64,000 nucleotides of DNA from Penicillus capitatus (taxonomy: Eukaryota; Plantae; Chlorophyta), in the NCBI GenBank assembly GCA_965649825.1, contig OZ287703.1, positions 1-64,000 of the forward strand, in the 5' to 3' direction. Shown here in pieces: positions 1 to 11,973 of the stretch (its first letter is position 1; every line of letters begins with the position of its first letter). The notes beneath the pieces are model-generated. The model made no database searches. It was not told the origin of the DNA and worked only from the letters and a program-made list of their open reading frames with translations. Both the position numbers and the translations under genes were made by a program.

Positions 1-1698
1 CATCATGCCGCCGAGCAGGGACACATAGAGGTCGTTCAGGTGAGCATTGGACGAGTTTTCTGCGTCCACTAGACCGCTCGCTTCTAGGTTCTTCTGGAAG
101 CCGGGGCGAATGTTAACGTCAGAAACGAATTCGGACTGGGGCCGCTTCACTTAGCCGCCGAAGGAGGACATACAGATGTCGTCCAGGCGAGGACCGAACG
201 TTATAGTACGTCCACTCACTCAGTCGCGTTCAGGCTCTCCTGTCGGCCGGGGCGATTGTCGATGCTACTACCGGTCGAAGAATAACACCGCTTTACTTAG
301 CAGCCGCAAACGGACATCTGGAGATTGTTCAGGCGAGCTTTGGACGCGTTTTTACGTCCATTAGACGGTTCGCTTCTAGGTTCTTTTGGCAGCCGGGGCG
401 AAAATCGACGGTGACCGCCGGCATAAATACACACCGCTTCATTATGCCGCCGAACACGGAGACGTAGAGGTCGTCCGGGTGCTCACCTGAACGCCATTGT
501 GTGTCCACTAGTTCGCTCGCTTCTAGGCTCTTTTGGCAGCCGGGGCTAGTGTCGACGCCTTAAGCTTCCTTGTATTCACAGCCCTTCACTATGCCGCCAT
601 TGAAGGACACACAGAAGTCGTTCAGGTGAGCACCGAACGCCAATGTACGTTCAGTAGCTCCATCACGTCTAGGCTCTCTTGTCGGCCGGAGCGAGTGTCG
701 ACGCCGTAGACGACTACGACTCCACACCACTTCACTTGTCCGCCAAAAAAGGACACACAGAAGTCGTTCAGGTGAGCACCGAACGCCAATGTACGTCCAG
801 TAGCTCCATCACGTCTAGGCTCTCTTGTCGGCCGGAGCGAGTGTCGACGCCGTAGACGACTACGACTCCACACCACTTCACTTGTCCGCCAAAAAAGGAC
901 ACACAGAAGTCGTCCAGGTGAGCACCGAACGCCATTGTGCGTCCACTAGATCGCTCGCTTTTAGGCTCTCTTGTCGGCCGGATCAGACATCGACGCCTTA
1001 AACAGAAATGCATGCACACCGCTTCATTATGCCGCCGAACACGGATACATAGAGATCGTCCAGGTGAGCACCGAACGCCAATGTACGTCCAGTAGCTCCA
1101 TCGCGTCTAGGCTCTCTTGTCGGCTGGAGCGAGTGTCGACGCTGTAACTGGCGACGAAGAGACACCACTTCACTATGCCGCCGAAAAAGGACACACAGAA
1201 GTCGTTCAGGTGAGCATTGGATGCGTTTTCTGCGTCCACTAGACAGCTTGCTTCTAGGCTCTTCTAACAGCCGGGGCGAATATTGAAGCTGTGGGGCCTG
1301 AGGGAACCAGGCCACTTCACTTTGCAGCCCGTTTCGGACATCCGAAAATCGCTGAGGTGAACATTGGACGCCATTGTGTGCCCACTAGATCTATTGCTTT
1401 TAGGCTCTCGTGGCAGCGGGGGCGGCTGTCAACTCTCTAAGCACAGCCGGATATACGCCGCTTCATGTAGCATCGGCGTACGGAAACTTGGAAATCGCGA
1501 CAGTGAGTCGTCATGTTTCATTTTGGCACCTAAATCTCTTTTCAGGATCTCATCAACGCTGGGGCATCAAAGTCCATCGCCGCGAATCATGGAGAATTGG
1601 CTGTCGACCTCGTCTGCAACATGGCCGGCGGTCCTTACTCTCCCAGCCCATGTTCCGATGATACTCGCGCCAGCCTTATTGACCTGTTGAAGATCTGA
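1..1698 (+). CDS. ANK1: ankyrin-repeat cassette gene, 5'-truncated by the window edge (at least 11 cassette exons plus a C-cap exon)
   Basis: Introns such as 40-87 and 187-233 separate 99-nt exons (88-186, 234-332, ...) that translate to ankyrin units, e.g. [33 protein letters not shown]. The last exon reads [10 protein letters not shown]...DLVC...[15 protein letters not shown] with TGA at 1696-1698. Confidence 0.9.
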
Positions 1699-4337
1699 TG
1701 CACCTTGGATTCAACCATCACTCAGATCTACAGTATCGTTCTTTTTTGAAAAGACTCAACAACGACACTCTGCATGGTACACTGCTTATTTGTCTGGGCA
1801 GAGTTAAAAAGTGTTAATGAAACTCCGCCATTCTGTTAGACATTGTCATATGCATAAACATTATTGAATCTGTTTTTTGTGCCAGTGGTAACAAACACAG
1901 TGGGTTATGCATCATTAACATTTTTCGACAGATCCTCCTTGTGTGAGGAGTCTGGGTGCATCCGCACCTAAGGGAACGCACTGTGCCATTCACTAGCGTT
2001 CCTCTTTCATTTATAAGTCTTAATGGGGTGGCAGATTTCTGGAAGAAGTTCAGTCTTTCGGGTTGTGCGAATCTGGACGGTATTGAAATCAACAAAGGGG
2101 GTTATTCAATCTCTCCGACCATCGCGCTTCGCGAGTTCTCTCTTCGATTGCTCTACCGACACTGTTTGCGTTGACGTGCCATAGACTAACGCACGTGGCA
2201 TCCCTCGTCTGTGGTTCAGTCTTCTCGCGTCCGAGCGCTGCCGGCTATTGCCAAGACGACGAGGCCTTCATCGATGGCTACGATCCTCTTTAGAAGGCCT
2301 GGCAAACGAGTGACTGTCACGCACGTGGTGTTTGTGCTCTCTGACAATCCGCATCGAGTGCTCTTCTCGGATGACACTGCCGCAAGAGCGATCATTCATC
2401 CGTTCGTCAAACCACAGTTGCGACGTGTTTTGAAAACAAAAGCATAACGATGTATTTCCACATCTCCGGCGCCAGAAAGTTGTGACAAGTCGACCACGTG
2501 AGTCCGCAACTTCGCTTGTAAACCTGCAAGACCTCTGTTGTGTCATTGGGTCGAATGGAGTTCCCGTATTCCGTCGTCTACGATTTTAGAGGAAAACATG
2601 CAATACGGTAAGCGTTCCGCCGTTTCTCGCTACGCTATACTTCCGCTTTATAGAGCAAATTTCATGATTTCAAACAGAGCGCAAATCACAAAACAACATT
2701 TGCTGTCGTCTCGACTGAGTGTTGCTATGTAAAGAGGTTTTATCACAATCCCTCAATGCAATCTGTTACCAAAGGTATACAGCGCAAGTGAAGGAACATT
2801 CAGCTTCACCGACGTTTCGTTACCTTGACTCTCAAAACGTGATGTCGTCACTCAAGAGCGAATCTCGAGAAACTTGAACATACACGACGCGCTTCGTGAT
2901 CGTCAGTTTTCGAAGAAGTAAATCCATGTCGCTTGGTATAGACTACTGTCGAGTTGGAATCGCCGACATTGGAGTGCTCGGCGTGCAAGGTCGAAGTAGT
3001 CTGTTGCTGCAAGCTTCGACGACTGGCCACGTCTGAACCTCAACGAGCAGAACGCAGAGTGCTTCCTCGTTATCGAGGACGACGATCGAAGTGTTGGTTA
3101 GGAACGTCTCGTCGAGCAGTGGAGTGAGCGACACATGCACGCGTCCACATCTCCACAATCCTGTATCGTCAACGGATTGCGTGTACCTCACTGGATCCGC
3201 CTTTTTCGGGTGTCATTGTATTCAGGTTTGCAGTGTTCTTTCACATGATTGATTCGTCGATGGCCGATGGAGTCAATCAACCTTCCTCGCGCATCGCAGC
3301 GGTGACGTGAATGGATCGACGAGAATTTGTGAAGACATCATTACTCATGAACACCTCTGATTTGCATTATGACCGACAGCATATTGGTAATGTTAGGACA
3401 AGAGAGTTATAAAGGGTTAAGAATTTAGTTGCCTTAGAGAGTAGAAGCAAATAGTTGTCGTCCAGAAGATCTTATGGGGCAGCTCAGATGTGCCTAATGA
3501 ATGATCTTCGATGCTGTCATATCGTTTGTCGATTGCTCTTGTCTGTGTCGCGTTCGGCAGGAAAACTGGTAAGACAATCTCGCATCGTCTAGAACACATC
3601 GGTCATGGAGGTGCGACAACTGAAAAGCTAGCACCTCGTTCAAAATTCCAAGGTCTCCCCGAAAAACGACATTTTGCGAAGGCAGGGAAGGGTCTTCCAC
3701 ATTGCTCTGCAGATATTGGCATCAGTGCTACTGAGAGGGAAATCCAGTTCCCTGAGCTTTGGCAAGTACAACTGCGGGAATTCGTCATTGCGGATAGAGG
3801 TCAACGCAAGACAGGAAATCTTCAGCTCGATCAGTTCAGTGAGATTGCTCAAATGGAGACATAGCGCGTAGGGGTCAACAGATGCTGTGTGGCCACCGAA
3901 AACGAGGGACGTCAGCTGAGTCAGCATACCCACAGCATCGAGAAATAAGTCATCGACGGCCACAGGCCGTATCGACAGATGCTTCAGTTTCGCTAGTTTT
4001 CCAGAAAACTGAGATGGTGTCACATCGTCACTGTGAAAAAGATGCAGCTCTTTGAGACAATCCCTGATCACCAGCGACGTCAGATTTGTCATAGACATTA
4101 GAGTCTCGACGAAATCCGCCGGTGGACTGTAAAGAAACCAGAAATCAAGGGACCGAAGTCCCGTCGGAAAGCTTCGGCCGATTGGATAATGCACCATACT
4201 GAACTCCGTGAGATGCTTCAGGGATTTAAGGTGTCGTTCATCGACTGGTGGAATGAACCACATACCACTTCCAGAAAGAGTGAGGGATCCGAGTCCAGTG
4301 AGTGGGGACGCGGACGCGGCTATAGCCTCAAGAAATC

Positions 4338-4673
4338 TGTAGAGGTTAGCTATGCGAATCGACAGAGATGACCCTCGCGACAGTTGCGCGCGACAATAAC
4401 CACCCTGGCGCCTCTGAGCCAAGGAGAGCGACGGATCGTGAACCTCCGTGCAACTTCCTAATAACAGTAGGGGTATGGTTATCGAACTCGAACACAAGTT
4501 CGCAACAGTTAGAACATAAGGTTAGGAATCCTTAACCGACGGGGTATTTAAGGTTGACATTCGCCCTTGTAATCATTCCTGTTCGTACCTCGGCAAATCT
4601 GATTGCTTTCCGTCGTATCGGCGCGCTAAGGGTCGGCTCTTAGTAAAACACATTGCCTACATCGATCCCAACA
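4338..4673 (+). repeat. Gypsy-1 5' LTR
   Basis: TGTAGAGG...CCCAACA, direct repeat of 9265-9600. Confidence 0.95.
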
Positions 4674-4727
4674 GTTTGGCGGACCTCCGGCGCACGGCGA
4701 GCATCTTGTCTTTCGCCTGACGAAGCT

Positions 4728-7700
4728 ATGCAAGCGAAGCCAGTTCCTTACCCGCGCTACGACGGGCGCAGTGACCCCCGACGATGGATTAATAAAATGA
4801 ACACGCTGTTCCGCCTACATCAAGTGGACGACCTCCCAGGGACGCGAGCGGAAATCGCCGTCACCTTACTGGATGGGCCAGCAGCTGACTGGGCTGAGCT
4901 CCGCTTTGACGCAGTCGCGAACTTGCCAATGCCATGGGCTTCGTGGAGTCGAGCGCTGACCGAGCGGTTCGTGCGCGAGCTTGACCCGGAACGCGCGAAA
5001 GAACAAATCCGCCATATCTTCCAAAAGCGCGGGGAACCGCTGGTGGCTTACGCCGAGCGTTTCATGCTTATGTGTTCCAGGGCCCGTCCTGCCGTGAATC
5101 ATGACAAATACTACAAGTACTGGTTAAGGGGCTTGCGCGATGAACGCGCGGCAGAGTACGCCTTTACTCGAATCGCGGCGACCAAGTTAGCCGTGACATT
5201 CGACTACGCTTTCCGCCAGGCCAAAAACGCAACCGAAGCACGGAAGAACGCTCGCGGATTTGAGGAAACCGACGAAGAAGAAGAGGACGAACTAGGACTC
5301 GAAGAGAAAACCCTAGCCACAGAGCTCCGGCCCACAAGGAAAGGAGCCCGTCGGCTTGAGAACCCGGACCGGAAAGTAACAACCGCCAAGGAAGACCCGG
5401 CGGTAGATGACTCCGAAGACGAAGAACTCCGTCAACTCATCTCCGGACTGACAGGCCTGCTTGCGAAGAGGCAGGAAAAGCGACGCGCAAGACGCGCAGA
5501 AGGCAACGCGTCTCGCTTCGTTGAGTCTATGTCCGAGGGTGAAGACGACGTGGAGGCTGAAGCAACCGCCAGAATGGCGGATGAAGATGAGCAGCAACCC
5601 AGCAAGCGACGCCGAGGCGCGGCTGGAAAGAAAGCGCGGAAACCGCGTAAGAAGCCCGAGCTCGACCGTGAATGGGCGGATTACGCTGCTCAAGCATGGG
5701 CCATCCCGCTGCGTTTCCTGAAAGGACGCAGCAAACGTGAAGTCTACTCCCAAGTGATACTGGCGCTGAGAGACGCGTTCGGTTTCACTCCAAAGCCTAA
5801 AAAGAAGAAGGGCGAAGATGAGCCTTCTGCCTCAGCACCACCGCAGCAGACCGACGTATATATGGAACCGGCAGCGCAACAACCGCAAGGACCGCAGCCG
5901 TACCAAGCCACCCTCGCGCAGAAACAAGGCGGCAGGGACTGGCTCGAGCGATGCAAGGTATTCGTCGCAGGGCAGTTCGTGCCCAAGGTGATTGTAGACC
6001 CTGGCTCCTCGAACTCCATAATGGATGCGGAGTTCGCCCGTCAATTCCGCATCAAGCACACTATGCCCAGCCGAGGAACGTTACTGCTTGCGGATGGTTC
6101 TGTCCAGAAGCCGCTAGGACGCACTGACGAAGTTCGCGTCGAAGTGGGCGGTGTTTGGATACAGCAAGCGTTCAGTGTCCTGCCGACGAAGAATTCATAT
6201 GACATTCTTCTCGGTACGGACTGGCTGCGCACCGTCCGCAGCCGAGCCGACTTCGAAGAAGGAACATATACCTTCGGAGTGAAGAAGCGCATTACGGTCG
6301 TGCCGAAGTGGCGCAAACTGTTTTTCGCGAAAAAGCAACCCGCAGCTGTTGAAGACGATACCTCCGATGCCAGCAGCGAATCCGATATGGCCGCTGCACT
6401 GGAGGAGTTGATCGAGCAAATGCAAGCCCTCGCCAGCGATAGCGAGAGTGAGGACGAGGACGAATGCTTCCTTGCACTGAGTGACCAGGTGCTTGGCGAA
6501 TTGCACGTCAACCCGAAATTGAAGCCTGAGGTGCTTTCGGATATCCGCTCTCTCGTCAGTGAATACGTAGACTGCTTTGCACTAACCTTTCAAGACATGG
6601 TCAGGACGCCTTTAATGCAATTCGAGATCGAGTTGCGTCAAGGAGAAGTCGCGAAGCGCTGTGGCCGGACCCGACGCCTGGCGCCAAAAGAAACTGAGTT
6701 CGTCAAGGCACAAATCGACGAGCTGCTTGAAGCCAAGCTAATCATTCCGTGGGAAGAGGCCGCGAAAAAATACGGCTGCCCAAAACGCAAGAATCGTTGG
6801 CTGTCGCCAATAACAATCGCACCAAAGAAGGATGGTTCGTTTCGTTTCTGCTGTGCGTACCAAAGGCTGAACGACGCGACCATCCCAGATAAATTCGTTC
6901 TACCTCGAGCAGACGACTTGCTCGATCGCGTGATGGGTCACGCGTGCTACTCAGCCCTCGATGGATTCAGTGGGTATTACTCCCTTGGGCTGCATCCCGA
7001 GTCCGTATTGAAGACGGCGTTTGCGACGAGCTTTGGAGTCTTCTGTTGGCTCGTCCTACCTTTCGGGGTAACGAATGGTCCCGCTGCCTACTCGCGTTTG
7101 GTCGAGCAGGTCTATGGCGGACTGGACCGAGTCGGCGTCTTCATTGACGACGTCTGCTGCGCACACCAAAGCGAAGCAGGTATCGTGGAAGACTTGCGAC
7201 GTGTGTTCGCGCGTTGTCGCGACGGAGGACTCCGGTTGAAGCCGAAGAAGTGCTTCGTGGGGTATCGCGAAGTCGATTTCCTTGGCCACCGGCTGTGCCC
7301 CGAGGGGATGAGAATGGATGAAGCCAAAGTCGAGAAGATCTCGAGGATGCCCTCGCCGACGGACAGAAAACAATTGCAATCTCTTTACGGCATGTTCTCT
7401 TATTATCGCCGATTCCTGAAGAACTTCGCGGGCGTAAGTGCGCCGATGTCGAGCCTCCTTTCGACACGACGAGACTTCTTGTGGACTCCCGAAGTCCAGA
7501 AGGCACTGGAGGAGTTGAAGAAGCTCCTTGTTGACGGAGCCGTGTTAACGGCAGTCAACGAAGACCTGCCCTTTCTCGTCGACACGGATGCCAGCGCCTA
7601 CGGAATCGGGGCCGTCTTGTCACAAGAGCAAGACGGCGAAGAGCGTCCGATCTACTTCTACTCGAGGCTCCTTAAAGATGCTGAGACACGATACTCAGCC

Positions 7701-9158
7701 ACCGAGCGAGAAGGGTTGGCATTGGTCGCCGGACTCGAGAAATTCCGCGTCTATGTCTTAGGACGCAAAGTGGTCGCTCGAACCGACCATGCAGCATTAT
7801 CACATATGCTGCGCAAAACAGACCTGACGGGTCGTATTGCCCGTTGGAAGCTCATCTTGTCAGAGTACGATGTCCATTACGTGACAAGGCCCGGAGAAAG
7901 ACACCGCAACGCTGATGGACTGAGTCGCCTGGTCGACGAAGACTCGGAACCTCGACCAGTTAATAAAGAAGAGGAATGCGATGAATGTCCAGCGCTCGTA
8001 GCCGAAGACGTTGCTGCCGCTTTCCAAGCCTGCCGCGAATACGCGGAAATCCTCCCCTTGGTCAACGAACAGGACAGTCGATTTCGATGGGGTGAGCGCA
8101 ATCTTTTCTTGGAAGACTTAGATGGACGGCGCAAGATTTGTCTGCTGCCGAACCAAGTCCGCGCAGTCGTCAGTGATGAACACTGCGTCGGGCACTTCTC
8201 CGCCGAAATAACCTTACAACGAGTGAGACAGCGATACTGGTTCGCGAAGATGCGCAAGCAAGTACAGGACATCGTGAAGACTTGCCAGACCTGTCAGATG
8301 TTTGGCTCAAGACCCCCGATTCGGAGCACCCTCCCCATAGCTGTAGAAGAACCATGGGAGCTGGTTGAGCTGGATACGGTCGTCGGGCTGCCGACGACAC
8401 CTCGGAAGGCTGTTGGATTCGTGACAGCGATCGACTGCTTCACAGGCTACGCGATAACAGATGCGTTGACGTCCCTGGGAGCTGCGAAGACCCTCAAGTT
8501 CCTTGTTAATAAAATTATTTACGCTTGGGGCGTGCCGCAGAAGATCCTGACGGACAACGGGACAGAGTTTCGAGGCGTTTTCAGCGAGACAGTGAAGAAC
8601 CTGAAGATCGAGCATAAATGGTCTACACCACGTTACCCGCGCAGCCATGGCAAGGTCGAGAACGTGCAGCGCCTCCTACTCGACCGCCTGAGGAAGTGTC
8701 CGAACCCGCGAAGCTGGGATGAAAACCTTCCGGCCGCGACCTTCGCCGTGAACGCGCGTCGAGGCAAGTTCCTGTCACCACTCGAACTTCTTACAGGGGT
8801 CATCCCGAAAAGCCGCACAGAAGTGGATCTGTTGTCCGGCGAACCTAGAGGTAGTGCAGAGCCGCTACAATCCGCCCTCGCCGATCGTCTGACAAACATG
8901 GCGCTCTGCCGCGAGCAGTTTCGTGACTCGTCTAAGAAGAGCCGCGAGTCCTGGACCAAGGAGGCCGGGGCGCAGCGTGTTGATCCCGGAACGGAGGTCC
9001 GTGTCTATCGACTTGAAAACCACGGAAAACTCGAGGCGACGTTCGAGAAGGGTGTCGTAACGTGGTGGGGAAATCAAGGAGCTTGCAAGGTGTTAGTGGG
9101 TGACCGTGTGAAGAGAATGCCGCAGTTCTGTGTGAAGCCGTGGGTCGCGCCTCAATAA
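4728..9158 (+). CDS. Gypsy-1 single-ORF Gag-Pol polyprotein
   Basis: Gag-like N-terminus, protease VIVDPGSS, RT FIDD, RNase H DTDASAYGIGAVL, integrase His/Cys zinc motif and D..D..E (ELDT/TDNGTEF/GKVEN). First ATG after the PBS is at 4728. Confidence 0.93.
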   Translation: MQAKPVPYPRYDGRSDPRRWINKMNTLFRLHQVDDLPGTRAEIAVTLLDGPAADWAELRFDAVANLPMPWASWSRALTERFVRELDPERAKEQIRHIFQKRGEPLVAYAERFMLMCSRARPAVNHDKYYKYWLRGLRDERAAEYAFTRIAATKLAVTFDYAFRQAKNATEARKNARGFEETDEEEEDELGLEEKTLATELRPTRKGARRLENPDRKVTTAKEDPAVDDSEDEELRQLISGLTGLLAKRQEKRRARRAEGNASRFVESMSEGEDDVEAEATARMADEDEQQPSKRRRGAAGKKARKPRKKPELDREWADYAAQAWAIPLRFLKGRSKREVYSQVILALRDAFGFTPKPKKKKGEDEPSASAPPQQTDVYMEPAAQQPQGPQPYQATLAQKQGGRDWLERCKVFVAGQFVPKVIVDPGSSNSIMDAEFARQFRIKHTMPSRGTLLLADGSVQKPLGRTDEVRVEVGGVWIQQAFSVLPTKNSYDILLGTDWLRTVRSRADFEEGTYTFGVKKRITVVPKWRKLFFAKKQPAAVEDDTSDASSESDMAAALEELIEQMQALASDSESEDEDECFLALSDQVLGELHVNPKLKPEVLSDIRSLVSEYVDCFALTFQDMVRTPLMQFEIELRQGEVAKRCGRTRRLAPKETEFVKAQIDELLEAKLIIPWEEAAKKYGCPKRKNRWLSPITIAPKKDGSFRFCCAYQRLNDATIPDKFVLPRADDLLDRVMGHACYSALDGFSGYYSLGLHPESVLKTAFATSFGVFCWLVLPFGVTNGPAAYSRLVEQVYGGLDRVGVFIDDVCCAHQSEAGIVEDLRRVFARCRDGGLRLKPKKCFVGYREVDFLGHRLCPEGMRMDEAKVEKISRMPSPTDRKQLQSLYGMFSYYRRFLKNFAGVSAPMSSLLSTRRDFLWTPEVQKALEELKKLLVDGAVLTAVNEDLPFLVDTDASAYGIGAVLSQEQDGEERPIYFYSRLLKDAETRYSATEREGLALVAGLEKFRVYVLGRKVVARTDHAALSHMLRKTDLTGRIARWKLILSEYDVHYVTRPGERHRNADGLSRLVDEDSEPRPVNKEEECDECPALVAEDVAAAFQACREYAEILPLVNEQDSRFRWGERNLFLEDLDGRRKICLLPNQVRAVVSDEHCVGHFSAEITLQRVRQRYWFAKMRKQVQDIVKTCQTCQMFGSRPPIRSTLPIAVEEPWELVELDTVVGLPTTPRKAVGFVTAIDCFTGYAITDALTSLGAAKTLKFLVNKIIYAWGVPQKILTDNGTEFRGVFSETVKNLKIEHKWSTPRYPRSHGKVENVQRLLLDRLRKCPNPRSWDENLPAATFAVNARRGKFLSPLELLTGVIPKSRTEVDLLSGEPRGSAEPLQSALADRLTNMALCREQFRDSSKKSRESWTKEAGAQRVDPGTEVRVYRLENHGKLEATFEKGVVTWWGNQGACKVLVGDRVKRMPQFCVKPWVAPQ

Positions 9159-9264
9159 AGTTTCTAGATGCCCATTGGTTCTACCTTTTCCATGAAAACT
9201 GTGCTTTTCTTTTCACTGTATCACTTAAACGTCGGGACGTGACGTATTAAGTGAGGAGGAGTAC

Positions 9265-9600
9265 TGTAGAGGTTAGCTATGCGAATCGACAGAGATGACC
9301 CTCGCGACAGTTGCGCGCGACAATAACCACCCTGGCGCCTCTGAGCCAAGGAGAGCGACGGATCGTGAACCTCCGTGCAACTTCCTAATAACAGTAGGGG
9401 TATGGTTATCGAACTCGAACACAAGTTCGCAACAGTTAGAACATAAGGTTAGGAATCCTTAACCGACGGGGTATTTAAGGTTGACATTCGCCCTTGTAAT
9501 CATTCCTGTTCGTACCTCGGCAAATCTGATTGCTTTCCGTCGTATCGGCGCGCTAAGGGTCGGCTCTTAGTAAAACACATTGCCTACATCGATCCCAACA
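9265..9600 (+). repeat. Gypsy-1 3' LTR
   Basis: Direct repeat of 4338-4673, preceded by the purine tract AAGTGAGGAGGAG. Confidence 0.95.
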
Positions 9601-11973
9601 AAATCCCTCGTCTTGGATGGGCAACTCCAGTTTTGTCAGATGATGCATTTTCTTCAATGCGTCGAGAAAGCTGTTGTCTGGTTGGTCGTAGGATTTGATG
9701 GACAGACTGCGTAACATCAGAAACGCCTTCAACAGATGCTCTTTATCGGACCACAATCCCTGACAGTCAGCGGGAAAATCGACCATAAGCGACTGCAGTG
9801 TTTGCGCATAGGGAACGATAGACTAGAACAACTGACGCTTTGAAGTACGAGACGCGTTTTCGGAATTTGCATACCTTCAGGATGTCGGACGTGTTCAGTT
9901 CGTGTTCATGGATGTTGTTAAAAAGCTCGAGGCGCGTCAGCTTTGTCAACGAGGGGAATAACAGTTCTCCACTGCTGTTAACGATCAGTGAAAATTCTGT
10001 AATCAAGCATCCGAGGCCTCGAAGCTCAGTCACAGGCTCCAGGTCCGTCTGGACGAAACCAGAAGCATAGAGAATCAATGTCTCCAGATTCGTCACGATA
10101 CGCAACACATGCACGACGTCGTTGAACTTGTCTTTTTGGTCGACGAATACCTCGAACGAGCGTAAAACATCGGTCGATGGCAGCAATGTCACGAGGCTGA
10201 TCACATCTGCCGTCGTGGATTCGATGGACAAATCCAGATTCTGCAGATGCTTCAAGCGCGACAAGTGTTGAATTGCCTGTCTTTCCACGATGTTATTATC
10301 GTCATCTGGACTTCCTAAACTCAATGACACGGCGTCTGGGAACAAGTCCACCAGTTTATCCAGCTTGTCTGGGTGCGAACCTCCCAGCTTGACTGGCAAC
10401 TTCCTGCAAACATCTCGCCAGCGACGGCAGACACGACGGCACTCATGAAGGCCGTCTTCCATGACGCAAACGAGCACCTTGAACAGGATATGATCCTGTT
10501 CGAGAAGAGCCCCCAGGGTCTTCTCACACGCCGTGGCCGAGTCCGCGCCGCTCACCAAGTTGTCGCCTGTATCCACAGGAGCATCTGAAATGCCACTGAA
10601 GATGTCGCTGTGAGCATTCTGCGTTTTCGACTGAGTGTGCGAACCTCATCTTTGAGTCGATAGGGTTTGCCGATTAATTCGAAACGAAAACGTGACGGAC
10701 TGTCGGCAGAATAGCTGTCGATTCGATCCGTAGCTGCGAAATGTATTCCTTCTGCTTTACGCGGTTCGAATCGGAATTTCGCACCGGATGTGACTCGATG
10801 TCTGATATCGTCGCTCTGTTTTCTGTCCATCTTCTTTCCGAGAACACCCGAGTCCTTTGAAGAACATTGCTATCGAGACTGAGATGCGCTTTATGCGTTT
10901 TTCCTCTGGCGACGAATCGCGCACATGGATACGATACCGCTGGCAGGTTCGCTATCCGTACCTTATGCTATGCTCCGTGACTTGCACGGAGTTCTTTGTC
11001 CATTTGGCAAGAGAGCGACAAATTCGCAAGATGTCTGTCTCTTTTCCCGTCTCCTTTTCACGTGTGCTTCGTTCATTTCGCACAGTGCCGCCAAAACGAA
11101 GGGTTTAGATTCTGTAGCGTCAGCAATTTAACTCAGGGTACGGTGAAACGTTCACACCCCGCCGTGGATAAGCGAGTTAGCTGCGACGAGTCGAAAAACA
11201 AGATCAATTGTGATACACGTAGCGACAAGCCTCTTGTCTGACGGCTCGCACGTTATTCGTTATTCGTGTAGACGAAGTGCCCGTGTTATTATCAGTCAAC
11301 GGCAATATGCCTTATGGTTGTCTTTTCGATAGACGACTCTTTTTCTCTCGCACGGGAGCGTCGTTCTCCAGAATCTTGAAAGTCATTCGGTTTCTACTGC
11401 GTGTAGCTTTTGTCGAACGAAGGACTGCTTGTACAGAGAACTGGTCGAGGAGGAGGCACTTCTCTCATGTCGATCCACTGTCGTCGAATGAGGCGGTCTG
11501 AGAAGAACACGCTGAAAGAGAAGCCGCGTTACGCGTCGCTCGGAAGTTGCACAACCCTCCTTACTGATTTCAATGCCGTCCACAAGCAAGCAACCCGAAA
11601 GACTGAACTCTCTCCCCAAATCTGCCCCCGTCAAGACTTGTAAATGAGAATGTGGAACGCTAGTGAATGGCACAGTGCGTTCCCTTAGGTGCAGACGCAC
11701 CGAGACTCCTCACACAATGAGGATCTGTTAAAACCCTTCATATATGTTCAAGGAACAGTGCGTTGTCGTTATCAAGAAACGAACATCAAAAACAATCGTA
11801 GAACCGGACAGACACAGCAGAACGGCGGGATAGAATTCATTACCACTTTCTAATCGCCGCCCAGACGTACTTCTCAACAGCGTAACATGTACGCAGCATA
11901 CAGAGTGACAAAAAACTATCAAAAAACAACGATGATGCAGATTTGGCAAATGGTTAGATGGAAGGCGTGTCCG

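Larger units (their letters stand above)
4338..9600 (+). mobile_element. Gypsy-1: full-length Ty3/Gypsy LTR retrotransposon
   Basis: 336-bp TG...CA LTRs at 4338-4673 and 9265-9600 with no difference found by eye. 5-bp TSD AAATC (4333-4337, 9601-9605). PBS-like TGGCGGACC after the 5' LTR and a purine tract before the 3' LTR. Domain order PR-RT-RH-IN. Confidence 0.95.
3640..10576 (-). pseudogene. FBL1: F-box/LRR gene disrupted by Gypsy-1
   Basis: F-box-like motif LLEQDHILFKVLVCVMEDGLHECRRVCRRWRDVC followed by LRRs (ORF 9767-10576). Exon 2 is split at 4337/9601 by an LTR element. Near-identical uninterrupted paralogue at 51486-53187. Confidence 0.85.

Noticed and set aside
1-1540. The ~146-nt periodic repeats (also 38381-40536 and 55290-57040) as a CRISPR array
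   Set aside because: The units are exon plus intron pairs with splice signals and encode ankyrin repeats; there are no cas genes and the context is eukaryotic.
1956-2174. Recurring small ORF HLRERTVPFTSVP...FSLSGC downstream of ANK genes
   Set aside because: Its recurrence is explained by duplication; starts and ends differ and substitutions are not mostly synonymous.
4338-4497. N-terminus MCSSSITIPLLLLG... of ORF 3640-4497 (and ORF 9221-9424) as a signal peptide
   Set aside because: It is antisense LTR sequence fortuitously in frame with the broken FBL1 exon.
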